This document shows positions 39,734-48,807 of a stretch of DNA of 52,600 nucleotides, one piece after another. The translations under genes were made by a program, and so were the position numbers. Under the pieces are notes generated by a model that worked only from the letters and a program-made list of their open reading frames with translations, had not been told where the DNA came from and did not search any database. This stretch comes from Candidatus Staskawiczbacteria bacterium (GTDB taxonomy: Bacteria > Patescibacteriota > Minisyncoccia > Minisyncoccales > Staskawiczbacteraceae). The DNA lies in assembly GCA_023245145.1 (NCBI GenBank), contig JAHFKW010000002.1, forward strand, positions 1-52,600, given 5' to 3'. Position 1 is the first letter of the stretch; the number at the start of each line of letters is the position of its first letter.

Positions 39734-39979
39734 CTAAGCTTCTAATGATCGCACCTTATTGGCAACAAACCCAGCCAATTGCACAGAATCCATTGCGCTC
39801 GGAATCGCCACTATCTTGACTAATCGGATTCCGCACGAGGCACGGGTCACATTAGCTGTGCCGTTTCCGTCCCCATCTGGCTTGTAGTCGGTAACTGCGC
39901 CACAAGCGACGGCCTTGTCTAGTTCGGCTCTGGAAATTTCACAGACAATGACACCACGGTATTGAACGCACAAGATCAT
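39734..39979 (-). CDS. Small accessory protein, SD-led cassette (slot copy 1)
   Basis: GGAGG-8nt-ATG; weak promoter TTGATT-17-TATTTT (40028-40056); terminator 39662-39704. Confidence 0.68.
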   Translation of the reverse strand: MILCVQYRGVIVCEISRAELDKAVACGAVTDYKPDGDGNGTANVTRASCGIRLVKIVAIPSAMDSVQLAGFVANKVRSLEA

Positions 39980-40062
39980 TTAAGAATCCTCCAATGTCAC
40001 AATGGGTAGGTGGCTAGAACTTACTCTAAAATATCATAAATTCAAAAAGTAATCAATAGATC

Positions 40063-40121
40063 ATGGACTATTACTAAACATTAGGCATTACAAAGCAAGC
40101 CAGCCGATAAATATCAAAAAA
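40063..40121 (+). pseudogene. Remnant of dnaJ 5' end
   Basis: Reads MDYY*TLGITKQAS versus dnaJ MDYYEVLGITKQAS. Confidence 0.85.
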
Positions 40122-40123
40122 CA

Positions 40124-40510
40124 GTGAAAAAAGATTTCAAAAATTGGGGCGGACAAAAAGCCAACATTCACAACGAAAAGCAAAGGCCATTTTTTCATGA
40201 GAGGGAAGTGTGGTTTTGCACTCTCGGAGAGAATATCGGCTTTGAGCAAGATGGCAGCGGTGGTAAATTCTTACGGCCAGCGGTCATTTTGAAAAAATTC
40301 AACAATGAGGTAGTATGGATATTGCCACTGACTCGTAATCCAAAAGCAGGTAAATACTATTTTAGCGTTTTGCTGAATGGTAAAGCAAGCACCATTATTT
40401 TATCTCAAATTCGTCTGATTGATACCAAGAGGTTGCAGTACAAAATAGGAATGGTTAACGAGAATGAATTCGGTAAACTAAAAGAAGCGCTTGTGGCGCT
40501 CCTAAAATAA
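40124..40510 (+). CDS. PemK/MazF-family toxin, no protein antitoxin nearby
   Basis: EVWFC.LGENIGFEQDG, RPAVIL, PLT, SQIRLIDTKRL. Confidence 0.88.
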   Translation: MKKDFKNWGGQKANIHNEKQRPFFHEREVWFCTLGENIGFEQDGSGGKFLRPAVILKKFNNEVVWILPLTRNPKAGKYYFSVLLNGKASTIILSQIRLIDTKRLQYKIGMVNENEFGKLKEALVALLK

Positions 40511-40519
40511 GTGGTAGAA

Positions 40520-40596
40520 ATAGTTACTCCCGCTTGCGCGGGAGAGGGCCGAAGCCGTTTGTACGTTAAGTATAGCAGAATAAAGACCCGTGTCAA
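40520..40596 (-). ncRNA. Putative small structured RNA transcribed antisense toward pemK, with its promoter
   Basis: TTGACA-16-TATACT (40569-40596), then minus-strand hairpins with UUCG and GCAA tetraloops. Confidence 0.45.
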
Positions 40597-40601
40597 TAGA
40601 C

Positions 40602-40667
40602 GCAGAAGAAGGCCAATTTGAGGAAAAAAAATAGGCGCCGAAAGTTGATTGAACAACTCGCGACGCC
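40602..40667 (+). repeat. Diverged duplicate of dnaK 3' end plus terminator
   Basis: Encodes [10 protein letters not shown] versus dna[11 protein letters not shown], followed by a homologous GGCGCCG..GTTGA..CAACTCGCG.CGC hairpin. Confidence 0.92.
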
Positions 40668-40674
40668 AATAGAA

Positions 40675-40863
40675 CTATTTTTTTGATGTCTTGCGGGGGG
40701 GAGCTTCAATTCGAACAGATTCGAATTTGCCTCCACTCTGTGTGCACATGCGATATTGAAGAAGACTGCAGAGTTGCCGAAGGAATTCTTGATCTTTTTT
40801 GTTCCTTGGAACCAACAAAATCGTTGGGGTTATAATGTCCTCTGTTTCGAGAACGCAATTCAT
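40675..40863 (-). CDS. Small accessory protein, SD-led cassette (slot copy 2)
   Basis: AAAAGGAG-6nt-ATG; promoter TTGCAA-17-TATAGT (40908-40936); terminator 40624-40667. Confidence 0.7.
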   Translation of the reverse strand: MNCVLETEDIITPTILLVPRNKKDQEFLRQLCSLLQYRMCTQSGGKFESVRIEAPPRKTSKK

Positions 40864-40940
40864 GATTTTCTCCTTTTACGGAAGGTTGAATGTGCAATAC
40901 CTGAATAACTATATCATAAATATAATAAATTTGCAATAGC

Positions 40941-42017
40941 ATGGACTACTATGAAGTTTTAGGCATCACAAAACAAGCCAGCGCGGACGAAATCAAAAAA
41001 GCTTTTCATAAGCTGGCTCATAAGTATCACCCTGATAAAGGCGGGGATGAGAAAAAGTTTAAAGAGATAAATGAAGCTTATCAGGTTTTAAGTAACGCCG
41101 AAAAGCGCCAACAGTATGATCAATTTGGCAGAACGTTTGATCAAAATGGCGGAGGAGCTGGAGATTTTAATTGGGCTTGGCAGAATCAGGGAGCAAGCGG
41201 TTTTGATCCGGAAGACTTGGGTGATATTTTTGAGAACTTTTTTCAATTTGGAGGTGGGGGACGCAGAGCTAGCAAAAAAGATATTAAAAAGGGTAAAGAT
41301 ATTCAAATTGACATTGAAATTGCACTGGAAGAAACTCTGCAACCCATTCACAAAAAGATTTCTCTGAAAAAAGAAATTACGTGTACACGATGCGTAGGCA
41401 AAGGCGCCGAGCCCGGAACAAAAGTTAACGAATGTTTTTCATGTCGGGGAAGTGGCCAGGTGCAGGAAGTTAAGCGCACCATTTTGGGCAGTTACACGAC
41501 ATTTACCACTTGTCCGGAATGTAAGGGCGAAGGGAATAGACCCGAAAAAGTTTGCAATGTGTGTCATGGCGAAGGCCGATTAAAAGGCCATGAGGACATT
41601 GAATTTACCATTCCCGCTGGCATTGATAATAATCAGGCTATTGAAATTGATGGCAGAGGTGACGCTGGTAAGAAAAATGGCAAAGCCGGGAATTTGTATG
41701 TGCGAATTTTTGTAAAAAAGCACCCTGTGTTTTTGCGCAAAGGTGATGATTTATATTTATCTCGTGAAATTAATTATTCGGACGCTATTTTGGGTGGCAA
41801 CATGGAAATGCCAACACTAGAAAATACGCCGATTATCGTTAAAATTCCGGCTGGCACCGAATCGGGAAAAATTTTACGCATCAGTGAAAAAGGAATCCCG
41901 CATTATGGCAGTTACGGCAGAGGCAGTATTTATGTGGAATTGATTATCAAAACGCCCAAAAAAGTAAGTAAAAGACAAAAAGAATTACTTGACCAATTGC
42001 GCCAAGAAGGGTTATAA
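40941..42017 (+). CDS. dnaJ: Chaperone DnaJ
   Basis: J domain HPD, G/F region, four CxxCxGxG repeats. Confidence 0.98.
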   Translation: MDYYEVLGITKQASADEIKKAFHKLAHKYHPDKGGDEKKFKEINEAYQVLSNAEKRQQYDQFGRTFDQNGGGAGDFNWAWQNQGASGFDPEDLGDIFENFFQFGGGGRRASKKDIKKGKDIQIDIEIALEETLQPIHKKISLKKEITCTRCVGKGAEPGTKVNECFSCRGSGQVQEVKRTILGSYTTFTTCPECKGEGNRPEKVCNVCHGEGRLKGHEDIEFTIPAGIDNNQAIEIDGRGDAGKKNGKAGNLYVRIFVKKHPVFLRKGDDLYLSREINYSDAILGGNMEMPTLENTPIIVKIPAGTESGKILRISEKGIPHYGSYGRGSIYVELIIKTPKKVSKRQKELLDQLRQEGL

Positions 42018-42039
42018 TCGAAGGGAGGAAGAAAAGCGG

Positions 42040-42111
42040 GCTCCTATAGCTCAACGGTAGAGCAGTTGCCTTTTAAGCAATTGGTTCCAGGTTCGAATCC
42101 TGGTGGGAGCA
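42040..42111 (+). tRNA. tRNA-Lys(TTT)
   Basis: GCTCCTA/TGGGAGC acceptor stem, GTTGC-CTTTTAA-GCAAT, TTCGAAT. Confidence 0.94.
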
Positions 42112-42147
42112 CAGGGTAAAAAAAGTCTTCAACTTAAGGAGTTGGCC

Positions 42148-42567
42148 ATGGTTGCGCAGAGCATGAAAAAATTGGCAGATCTTTTTGTCATAGACTTGGC
42201 AGGCTGGGAAATTGGCTATTGCCATTTCCTGGAACTGGAACACTCGTGTATGGGGACCTTCCCCGCGATTAGGCTCAGCGACGGAGCCCCAATGTTGGTG
42301 GCGGAAAAAGGTTTACTAAAACTGGTTTGGGAAGCTGTTGGGCAGTGTCAAGCCAGAACATCAAGTTTTTTGGGTCTGTTTAACCGCCGACTCGGCCTCG
42401 TCTTTAATCTGGAGGCACCCGGATCCAACAAGGGCAATTCCGTTTCGCTCAAACTTTTCGGGAGGGATGAGATTCAAATCCTGGTCAATACACCCAATGG
42501 CTTAGGATGGGCACCGGGACTTCTGGGCGGCAGCGAAGGTATCGCATCTCCCCTAAGATTCGACTAA
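42148..42567 (+). CDS. Accessory hypothetical protein, SD-led
   Basis: AAGGAG-6nt-ATG just after tRNA-Lys; terminator 42603-42650. Confidence 0.65.
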   Translation: MVAQSMKKLADLFVIDLAGWEIGYCHFLELEHSCMGTFPAIRLSDGAPMLVAEKGLLKLVWEAVGQCQARTSSFLGLFNRRLGLVFNLEAPGSNKGNSVSLKLFGRDEIQILVNTPNGLGWAPGLLGGSEGIASPLRFD

Positions 42568-42710
42568 CTCGCACTTTAACGGCCAAGCTCTAAAGATCGA
42601 CCAAGCCCCTTAATGCAAAAGGAATTGCAGCAAGGGGTTTTTATTTTTTGGTAGTTTTTTAGTGAATAATGTGTGTTGCACATAGACCAGCTCCATGGTA
42701 CGATTAATAC

Positions 42711-43397
42711 ATGAAATCAAAATATCACTCATTAAAAGAGATGGCTATTAATCTACGGAAGAACGGGAGAAGTTATAGTGAAATTATAACAATAACTAAA
42801 ACTAAAATCCCTAAAAGCACTTTATCTACATGGTTTAGTAAGATTTATTTAACGAACGAGCAAAAGAAAAGAATACATGCCAACATCAAGGAAAGCTCAA
42901 GAAAGGGAATGGAGGTGGCAAGAGTTGTAAACAAACGAAGAAGAGAAAAATACCTACAATCCATAATTGACCGCAATCAACATCTTTCCCTGACGCTAGA
43001 AGATATAAATACATCGAAAGTAGTTTTATCAATCCTTTATTTGGCAGAAGGTGCAAAAAGTATGAAAAGAGGCTCTTTGTATTTTGGAAATTCAGACCCG
43101 TTTATTATAGATCTATTCTTGAGTTTAATGAGGAAGTGTTATACTATTGATGAAAGTAAATTTCGCTGCACTCTCTTATGCAGAGCTGATCAGAACATTT
43201 TAAAATTAGAGAAGCTTTGGTCAAAAATAACAAACATACCAAAAAAACAGTTTTATGGAGCAAGAATTGATCCAAGAACTATTGGGAAGCCCTCTAGAAA
43301 TCTAGGGTATAAAGGTGTCTGTAAAATAGATTATTTTTCTGCTGACGTATTTCTAGATTTAATGACCGTTCCTAGAATAATTCATAAGGGCCCGTAG
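42711..43397 (+). CDS. HTH plus single LAGLIDADG-like domain protein
   Basis: AINLRKNGRSYSEI..KSTLSTW helix-turn-helix; LYLAEG, F.NSDP..I..F pattern. Confidence 0.7.
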   Translation: MKSKYHSLKEMAINLRKNGRSYSEIITITKTKIPKSTLSTWFSKIYLTNEQKKRIHANIKESSRKGMEVARVVNKRRREKYLQSIIDRNQHLSLTLEDINTSKVVLSILYLAEGAKSMKRGSLYFGNSDPFIIDLFLSLMRKCYTIDESKFRCTLLCRADQNILKLEKLWSKITNIPKKQFYGARIDPRTIGKPSRNLGYKGVCKIDYFSADVFLDLMTVPRIIHKGP

Positions 43398-43461
43398 CTC
43401 AGCTGGCTAGAGCGTTCGCATGGCATGCGAAAGGTCGTCGGTTCGAATCCGATCGGGTCCA
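43388..43461 (+). tRNA. tRNA-Ala(GGC)
   Basis: GGGCCCG/CGGGTCC with G3:U70, TTCGC-ATGGCAT-GCGAA, TTCGAAT. Confidence 0.94.
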
Positions 43462-43520
43462 CATTGACAAATCCTGTTTACGCGGTAGTATGTAGTATCA
43501 ATAACCTAACTCAAAAAACC

Positions 43521-44561
43521 ATGAAAAAAGCCTATCTTTTGCTAGCAGTGATTATTGGCATCTTAACTGTTTCTTCAGTTGCACAAGCTTACGCGGGGAA
43601 CTGTTACTCATACGCTTCAAAAAAGTGTGTGAGCAACATTTCATACTGGTACGATTCTTGCGGAAACATCCAGGCAGTCAATCAAAACTGCAACACTTCA
43701 AACCAAATCTGTAGCAATGGCACTTGTGTTGGCGAAAGTACCGTAAATCCTCCTGTTCAAACTTACATCCAAAACTACCGCACCGCCTGCTATAATAATA
43801 ACATTTTCTGGTACGACTCAAATGGAATTACGCAAAACATGCAAAAGAGTTGCTCTGATGGCAACTCTTGCACCACCGACACTTGTACTAGCACCGCCTG
43901 TAAAAACACCTTAAAGTGCGATGGTTCAACTTGTGGTATTAATTCTGCAGACTACATAACCTACTGCACTGGCAACATCAATACTGGAACTGGTGTCACT
44001 ACCCAGAGCACTATCACCAATGGCAACCAGGCCGTGGTCACAGGAAGTTTTGCCGTTTCTATGTTCGTCAAAAAAGAATCTGATCCAGATTGGTCAAAAT
44101 CGGTAACTACAGTTAACGGAGAAAAACTTACCTTTTTAATAATTTTCAAAAACATCTCCAGCACGCCGGCTGACAACACCACTCTTCAGGCTAACGTAAC
44201 CAATGGCATTACCTACGCCGGAAACTTAAAAATTGATAACACCACTTCAGCGGGGAATATTATTTCAGGAGTCAATATAGGACAACTTAGCGCCCAGACT
44301 TCAAAAGTAGTTAGTTTTTCGGGTACTGTCCAAAGTCAAAATCAACAAACCATCCAGGCCAGCTCCAATGTATATTCGGGCAACATGCATGACTCTGATT
44401 ATGTAACAGTGAATGTGTTAGCCTCTTCAAACGCCACGGCATCAGTTTCGGGCAGTGGGTTTGTCAACTTTGTGAAAAAGTGGTACCTCTGGTTAATTGT
44501 AATCATTGTCCTGATTGCGTTGTTTATAATCATTTTCAGAAGATTATCAACGAACGCGTAA
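43521..44561 (+). CDS. Cys-rich surface protein, related to 26971-29205
   Basis: Signal peptide, C..C....YWYDSCG..C..C repeats, DUF11-like domain, C-terminal TM. Confidence 0.85.
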   Translation: MKKAYLLLAVIIGILTVSSVAQAYAGNCYSYASKKCVSNISYWYDSCGNIQAVNQNCNTSNQICSNGTCVGESTVNPPVQTYIQNYRTACYNNNIFWYDSNGITQNMQKSCSDGNSCTTDTCTSTACKNTLKCDGSTCGINSADYITYCTGNINTGTGVTTQSTITNGNQAVVTGSFAVSMFVKKESDPDWSKSVTTVNGEKLTFLIIFKNISSTPADNTTLQANVTNGITYAGNLKIDNTTSAGNIISGVNIGQLSAQTSKVVSFSGTVQSQNQQTIQASSNVYSGNMHDSDYVTVNVLASSNATASVSGSGFVNFVKKWYLWLIVIIVLIALFIIIFRRLSTNA

Positions 44562-44661
44562 CAGTTTAAACAGAATCACCCGAATTGTAATTATATAATT
44601 TTGTGTTATACTATAATCGTGTTAGCTTTTACTAGTATCTAACTCCGGGGAGGCTAGTTTC

Positions 44662-45252
44662 ATGTTGAGTAAAAATACGAAAGTTACTCTTGTGACAATC
44701 GTGAAACCATGGGATAGCCTTGTGGCTTTCCCTCTCGGCGCTGGAGAGATGGGAATCATGGCCGGCGCCGAAGATCGAACGGGATTGGTACTTAGGCTAC
44801 TGTCTTTGGTTCTGGATTTCAATTCGCAATGGGTGCCTGTATTCATGAGGGTAGATGTGAGCCCCCTGAAGCCGACTTTTTTTGCATCGCTGATCATTGG
44901 CCTTGAAGAGGGCAATTTGTTCTCAAACGATTGCAAAAGTTTTAAAGAATATGTCACAAAGCAAGCTTTTGACCCGATATCTGGTTATCGGATGGCGGTC
45001 AAAGGTAGAGCAGATTTGAATATCATAGTCAGTGACAACACCAACGCGTTGGCTAATGTCTTCAAGATTTTTGATAGGCATGGTGCACACCCGTGCCAGG
45101 CCGAGTCTTCCTTAAGTGTGGATGTCAATTCCGGTAAAACCTTCATTGACCTGAAGGTGAGCTTGGAACTATTCGAACAAGCGAAAGCCACTCTTGCGGA
45201 AATGCTCAACGAACTGCGAGCAGACGGATGTCGTTTGGTGACAACAGAATAA
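44662..45252 (+). CDS. Accessory protein, possible tandem ACT-like domains, SD-led cassette
   Basis: GGAGG-8nt-ATG; promoter TTGTAA-16-TATACT (44585-44612); terminator 45280-45313; AEDRTGLV and VSDNTNALANVF resemble ACT beta1-alpha1. Confidence 0.7.
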   Translation: MLSKNTKVTLVTIVKPWDSLVAFPLGAGEMGIMAGAEDRTGLVLRLLSLVLDFNSQWVPVFMRVDVSPLKPTFFASLIIGLEEGNLFSNDCKSFKEYVTKQAFDPISGYRMAVKGRADLNIIVSDNTNALANVFKIFDRHGAHPCQAESSLSVDVNSGKTFIDLKVSLELFEQAKATLAEMLNELRADGCRLVTTE

Positions 45253-45355
45253 GTAAAAGGACTGATTGTCCATTGATCAAACCTCGAAACGGATATTCGA
45301 GGTTATTTTTTTATGTTGTCAAAAGTGTAAGTTTTTGATAAAGTAAAGTAATTTC

Positions 45356-47686
45356 ATGAATAGAAAGGCCACTGTTTTTGAGTTTACCTCTTATCAATTT
45401 GAACCTGAAAAAAAGCAGGCGATATTTTATTATGCAACAGTTTTTGAAGATGGAGAAACTATTCATTGGACGGAAATCATTATTTTACCTAAAATTGCGA
45501 GATCTCCGACACCTCGCAATTTGCTAGAGAGCCTGCATATAATTTTGGGAATTTCTTACTACAAATTCCATTGTGCGACAAGTGTTAAGTTACGTTACGC
45601 ATTGACCAAGCAGGAAGCTGATTTTTGGAACACGGTATATAAAAAAGGCCTTGGGGAGTTTTTTTATAAAAATAATTTAGACCCAAGTATTTCCCCGAAA
45701 TTCCCTTTTAACAAAATTGAAAAAAGCGCGCCAAGATTCATGATTCATGATTCAAGTTCCAAGTGCCTAGTTGGCATCGGAGGTGGCAAGGATTCCATTG
45801 TAGTTGCAGAACTATTAAAACAGCACGGCTTTGACATCACTGCTTTTGTGACTGAAACGGCTGAATCAACATTGATTAACAAGGTGACTGAAACCATGGA
45901 AGTATCGGGCTTAAAAATTCGACGCATTTTAGACCCAAAAGTCCATGAAAAGCATCTTTATAACGGCCACATTCCCGTTTCAGCCATCTATGCTTTTTTG
46001 GGAATTTTTTCTTGCATACTTTACGGCTACAAATATTTTATTGTCGGCAATGAGCACAGTTCAAACTTTGGAAATACAAAATACAAAGGATTACAGGTAA
46101 ACCATCAATGGAGCAAATCGTTTGAATTCGAAATGTTGTTTTCTGATTATGTAAAAAGTTTTATCAGTCCGAATGTACAATACTTTTCTTTAATGCGTCC
46201 ATTTTACGAGATTAGGATTGTTAAAATGTTCGCCAAGCTTGGCAAGAAATATTTCCCCTATTTTTCTAGCTGTAACAAAAATTTCAAAATAAAAAATAGT
46301 TTAACTGATGCACTTTGGTGTGGCCAATGTGCCAAGTGCGTGTTTGCATTTGCATTATTGTCGGCCTTTTTAAACAAAAAAGAATGGTTGGGAATTTTTG
46401 GTAAAGACTTAAACAAAGATGAAAGTTTAAAGCCGTTATTTAAAGATATTTTGGGGCAGGGGACCATGAAACCCTTTGATTGCGTAGGTACATTTGAAGA
46501 AGCTAAAACCGCGCTAAAAGTTAAAACATATCCTGAAGTTTTTCAAACCTATCCCAACAATGTTCCGGAAGAATTTAAGTTTTTGGGTATGGAAAAAGTG
46601 TCCGTCGTAAATCCTGATGGTATTGAAGGAACATCCGCCAAACAGTATCTGAAAAAATACTGGCCAAAGATAAAAATCGTAACCAAAGATGCCGATTTAA
46701 TTATTAAAACGCCGGGAGTTAAGAAAAACCTCATAAAGATTCCGTACACTACGCCAACTAATATCTTTTTTTCAAAAATAAAAGGGAGAAATATGATGAT
46801 CGGTGTTACGGGCAGTAAGGGTAAAAGCACCACCTCTTCACTTGTTTATCATATATTAAAAACCGCCGGAAAAGATGTCCAATTACTGGGAAATATCGGC
46901 AGGCCCATGCTCAATGCACTCCAAAAACCCATACCAAAGGAACGAATATTTGTGTTGGAACTTTCCAGTTTTCAATTGGATGATATTGCATTTTCACCCG
47001 ACATTGCCGTGATTACTAATTTATTTCCCGAGCATATGGATTTTCACGGTAGCTTAAAAAACTATTACCAAGCCAAAAAGAATATTTATCGCTTCCAGAA
47101 ATCAGGAGAGTATCTGGTGGATCGCCCGAAAGCAAAACAAAGATATCAAAGTAATCTTTTGGGTCAGCACAACCAAAATAACATTCAAGCCGCCGTGGAA
47201 GTTGCCACAATTTTAAAAATCCCCAAATTAAGCATCCAAAAAGCTATCGCAACATTTAAAGGTTTACCGCACCGATTAGAAAAAATTGGCACATTTAAAG
47301 AAATTACCTTTTACGACGATGCCATTTCCACTACGCCAGATTCAACTATTATGGCGATTAAGGCTCTGAAAAACGTAGACACGATATTTTTAGGCGGACA
47401 AGATAGGGGATATGATTTTGGGCAATTAGAAAAAGTCATAAAAAAGTATAAAATTAAAAATATTGTTTTGTTCCCAGATAGCGGAAAAAAGATGCTGACT
47501 TCAACCAAGGGTTTGCGGATTTTGAAAACCAAAAAAATGGCAGAAGCCGTACAATTTGCTTATCAAAAAACCAAAAAAGGGGGTATATGCTTGTTGTCAT
47601 GCGCTTCACCAAGTTATTCTTTATGGAAGAATTTTGAAGTTAAAGGTGATGAGTTTAAAAAGTGGGTAAAAATATTGGCCAAATGA
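45356..47686 (+). CDS. murD: MurL (UDP-MurNAc-L-Ala-L-Glu epimerase)-MurD ligase fusion
   Basis: N-half GGGKDS, NGHIP, NHQWSKS, SSCN, WCGQCAKC, KPFDCVG; C-half GVTGSKGKSTT, ELSSFQL, HRLE, DDAIST, FLGG, SCASPS. Confidence 0.85.
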   Translation: MNRKATVFEFTSYQFEPEKKQAIFYYATVFEDGETIHWTEIIILPKIARSPTPRNLLESLHIILGISYYKFHCATSVKLRYALTKQEADFWNTVYKKGLGEFFYKNNLDPSISPKFPFNKIEKSAPRFMIHDSSSKCLVGIGGGKDSIVVAELLKQHGFDITAFVTETAESTLINKVTETMEVSGLKIRRILDPKVHEKHLYNGHIPVSAIYAFLGIFSCILYGYKYFIVGNEHSSNFGNTKYKGLQVNHQWSKSFEFEMLFSDYVKSFISPNVQYFSLMRPFYEIRIVKMFAKLGKKYFPYFSSCNKNFKIKNSLTDALWCGQCAKCVFAFALLSAFLNKKEWLGIFGKDLNKDESLKPLFKDILGQGTMKPFDCVGTFEEAKTALKVKTYPEVFQTYPNNVPEEFKFLGMEKVSVVNPDGIEGTSAKQYLKKYWPKIKIVTKDADLIIKTPGVKKNLIKIPYTTPTNIFFSKIKGRNMMIGVTGSKGKSTTSSLVYHILKTAGKDVQLLGNIGRPMLNALQKPIPKERIFVLELSSFQLDDIAFSPDIAVITNLFPEHMDFHGSLKNYYQAKKNIYRFQKSGEYLVDRPKAKQRYQSNLLGQHNQNNIQAAVEVATILKIPKLSIQKAIATFKGLPHRLEKIGTFKEITFYDDAISTTPDSTIMAIKALKNVDTIFLGGQDRGYDFGQLEKVIKKYKIKNIVLFPDSGKKMLTSTKGLRILKTKKMAEAVQFAYQKTKKGGICLLSCASPSYSLWKNFEVKGDEFKKWVKILAK

Positions 47687-48807
47687 AAAAACACATAAAC
47701 TATTCTTTGCTTATTGTCTCAACAGTTTTACTCACGTTTGGTGTATTATTTTTAGCTACCCTTTCAGCCATTGCCTCACTGAATGCTTTTGGCAATACCA
47801 ATTATTACTTATTCCATCAATTAGTGGCGGTTGGCATTGGAATTATTGCGGGATTTTGCATGTACAAAATCTCATTAGATTGGCTCAAAAAGCTAGCTTT
47901 ACCCTTATTAATCCTCAACCTCTTACTATTAGCCTCGGTTTTTATACCATTATTAGGTTCTAAGTTTTGGGGTGCTAGTCGATGGATTAGCATTGGATTC
48001 ATTACTCTACAACCCTCTGAATTTTTAAAAATTACCGCCATATTATATCTGTCTGCTTTTTTATCAACTAAATTTTCTGAGAATGTCAAAAGGGGATTTA
48101 TGGCCGCCGCCAAAAAAAGTTATCAAAATGGAATCCACGTCTTCTTACCTTTTGTTTTTTTATTACTCACTATTAACGGATTGCTATTTTTACAAAAGGA
48201 TTTAAGTACAATGAGTATTGTTGCCGGCTCATTAATAGCCATATATTTTATTGCTGGCACTCCGCTTTGGCATACGGCACTGCTTTTTGTTTCAGGAATT
48301 GCCGGAGCACTGTTGCTGGTAAAAATAGAGCCTTATCGAGTACAACGCTTTTTAGTTTTTTTGCATCCGGAGACAGACGTACTGGGGATTGGATATCAAT
48401 TAAAGCAATCGCTTTTGGCCATCGGCTCGGGTGGTATTTTTGGCAAAGGACTTGGCATGTCCACCCAAAAATTTGGCTTTTTACCTAGTTCTATGGCCGA
48501 TTCCATTTTTGCCATCATCGGAGAAGAATTAGGTATTATTGGTTGCGTATTGCTTATATTATTATTCATATTTTTTTTCTGGCAATGTGTACGCATCGCC
48601 AAAAGTTCAACCGACAAATTCAGTAAATTAACTGTAGTGGGTATTTGCACCTGGATACTGTCACAAGCCTTCATGAACATTGCTTCCACGCTGGGCATTT
48701 TTCCGCTGGCCGGCATTCCACTGCCATTTTTTTCCTACGGCGGTAGTCACATCATTGCAGAACTCATAGCAATTGGGCTATTATTAAATATATCCAAAAA
48801 TACATGA
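47683..48807 (+). CDS. ftsW: SEDS peptidoglycan polymerase FtsW
   Basis: GASRWI, QPSEFLK, GYQ, IGSGG, GEELG, PFFSYGGS; lies between murD and murG. Confidence 0.92.
   Translation: MKKHINYSLLIVSTVLLTFGVLFLATLSAIASLNAFGNTNYYLFHQLVAVGIGIIAGFCMYKISLDWLKKLALPLLILNLLLLASVFIPLLGSKFWGASRWISIGFITLQPSEFLKITAILYLSAFLSTKFSENVKRGFMAAAKKSYQNGIHVFLPFVFLLLTINGLLFLQKDLSTMSIVAGSLIAIYFIAGTPLWHTALLFVSGIAGALLLVKIEPYRVQRFLVFLHPETDVLGIGYQLKQSLLAIGSGGIFGKGLGMSTQKFGFLPSSMADSIFAIIGEELGIIGCVLLILLFIFFFWQCVRIAKSSTDKFSKLTVVGICTWILSQAFMNIASTLGIFPLAGIPLPFFSYGGSHIIAELIAIGLLLNISKNT

Noticed and set aside
37378-43397. Prophage or integrative island around dnaK, tRNA-Lys and tRNA-Ala
   Set aside because: No integrase, phage structural genes or tRNA 3'-end direct repeats; core genes are interspersed.
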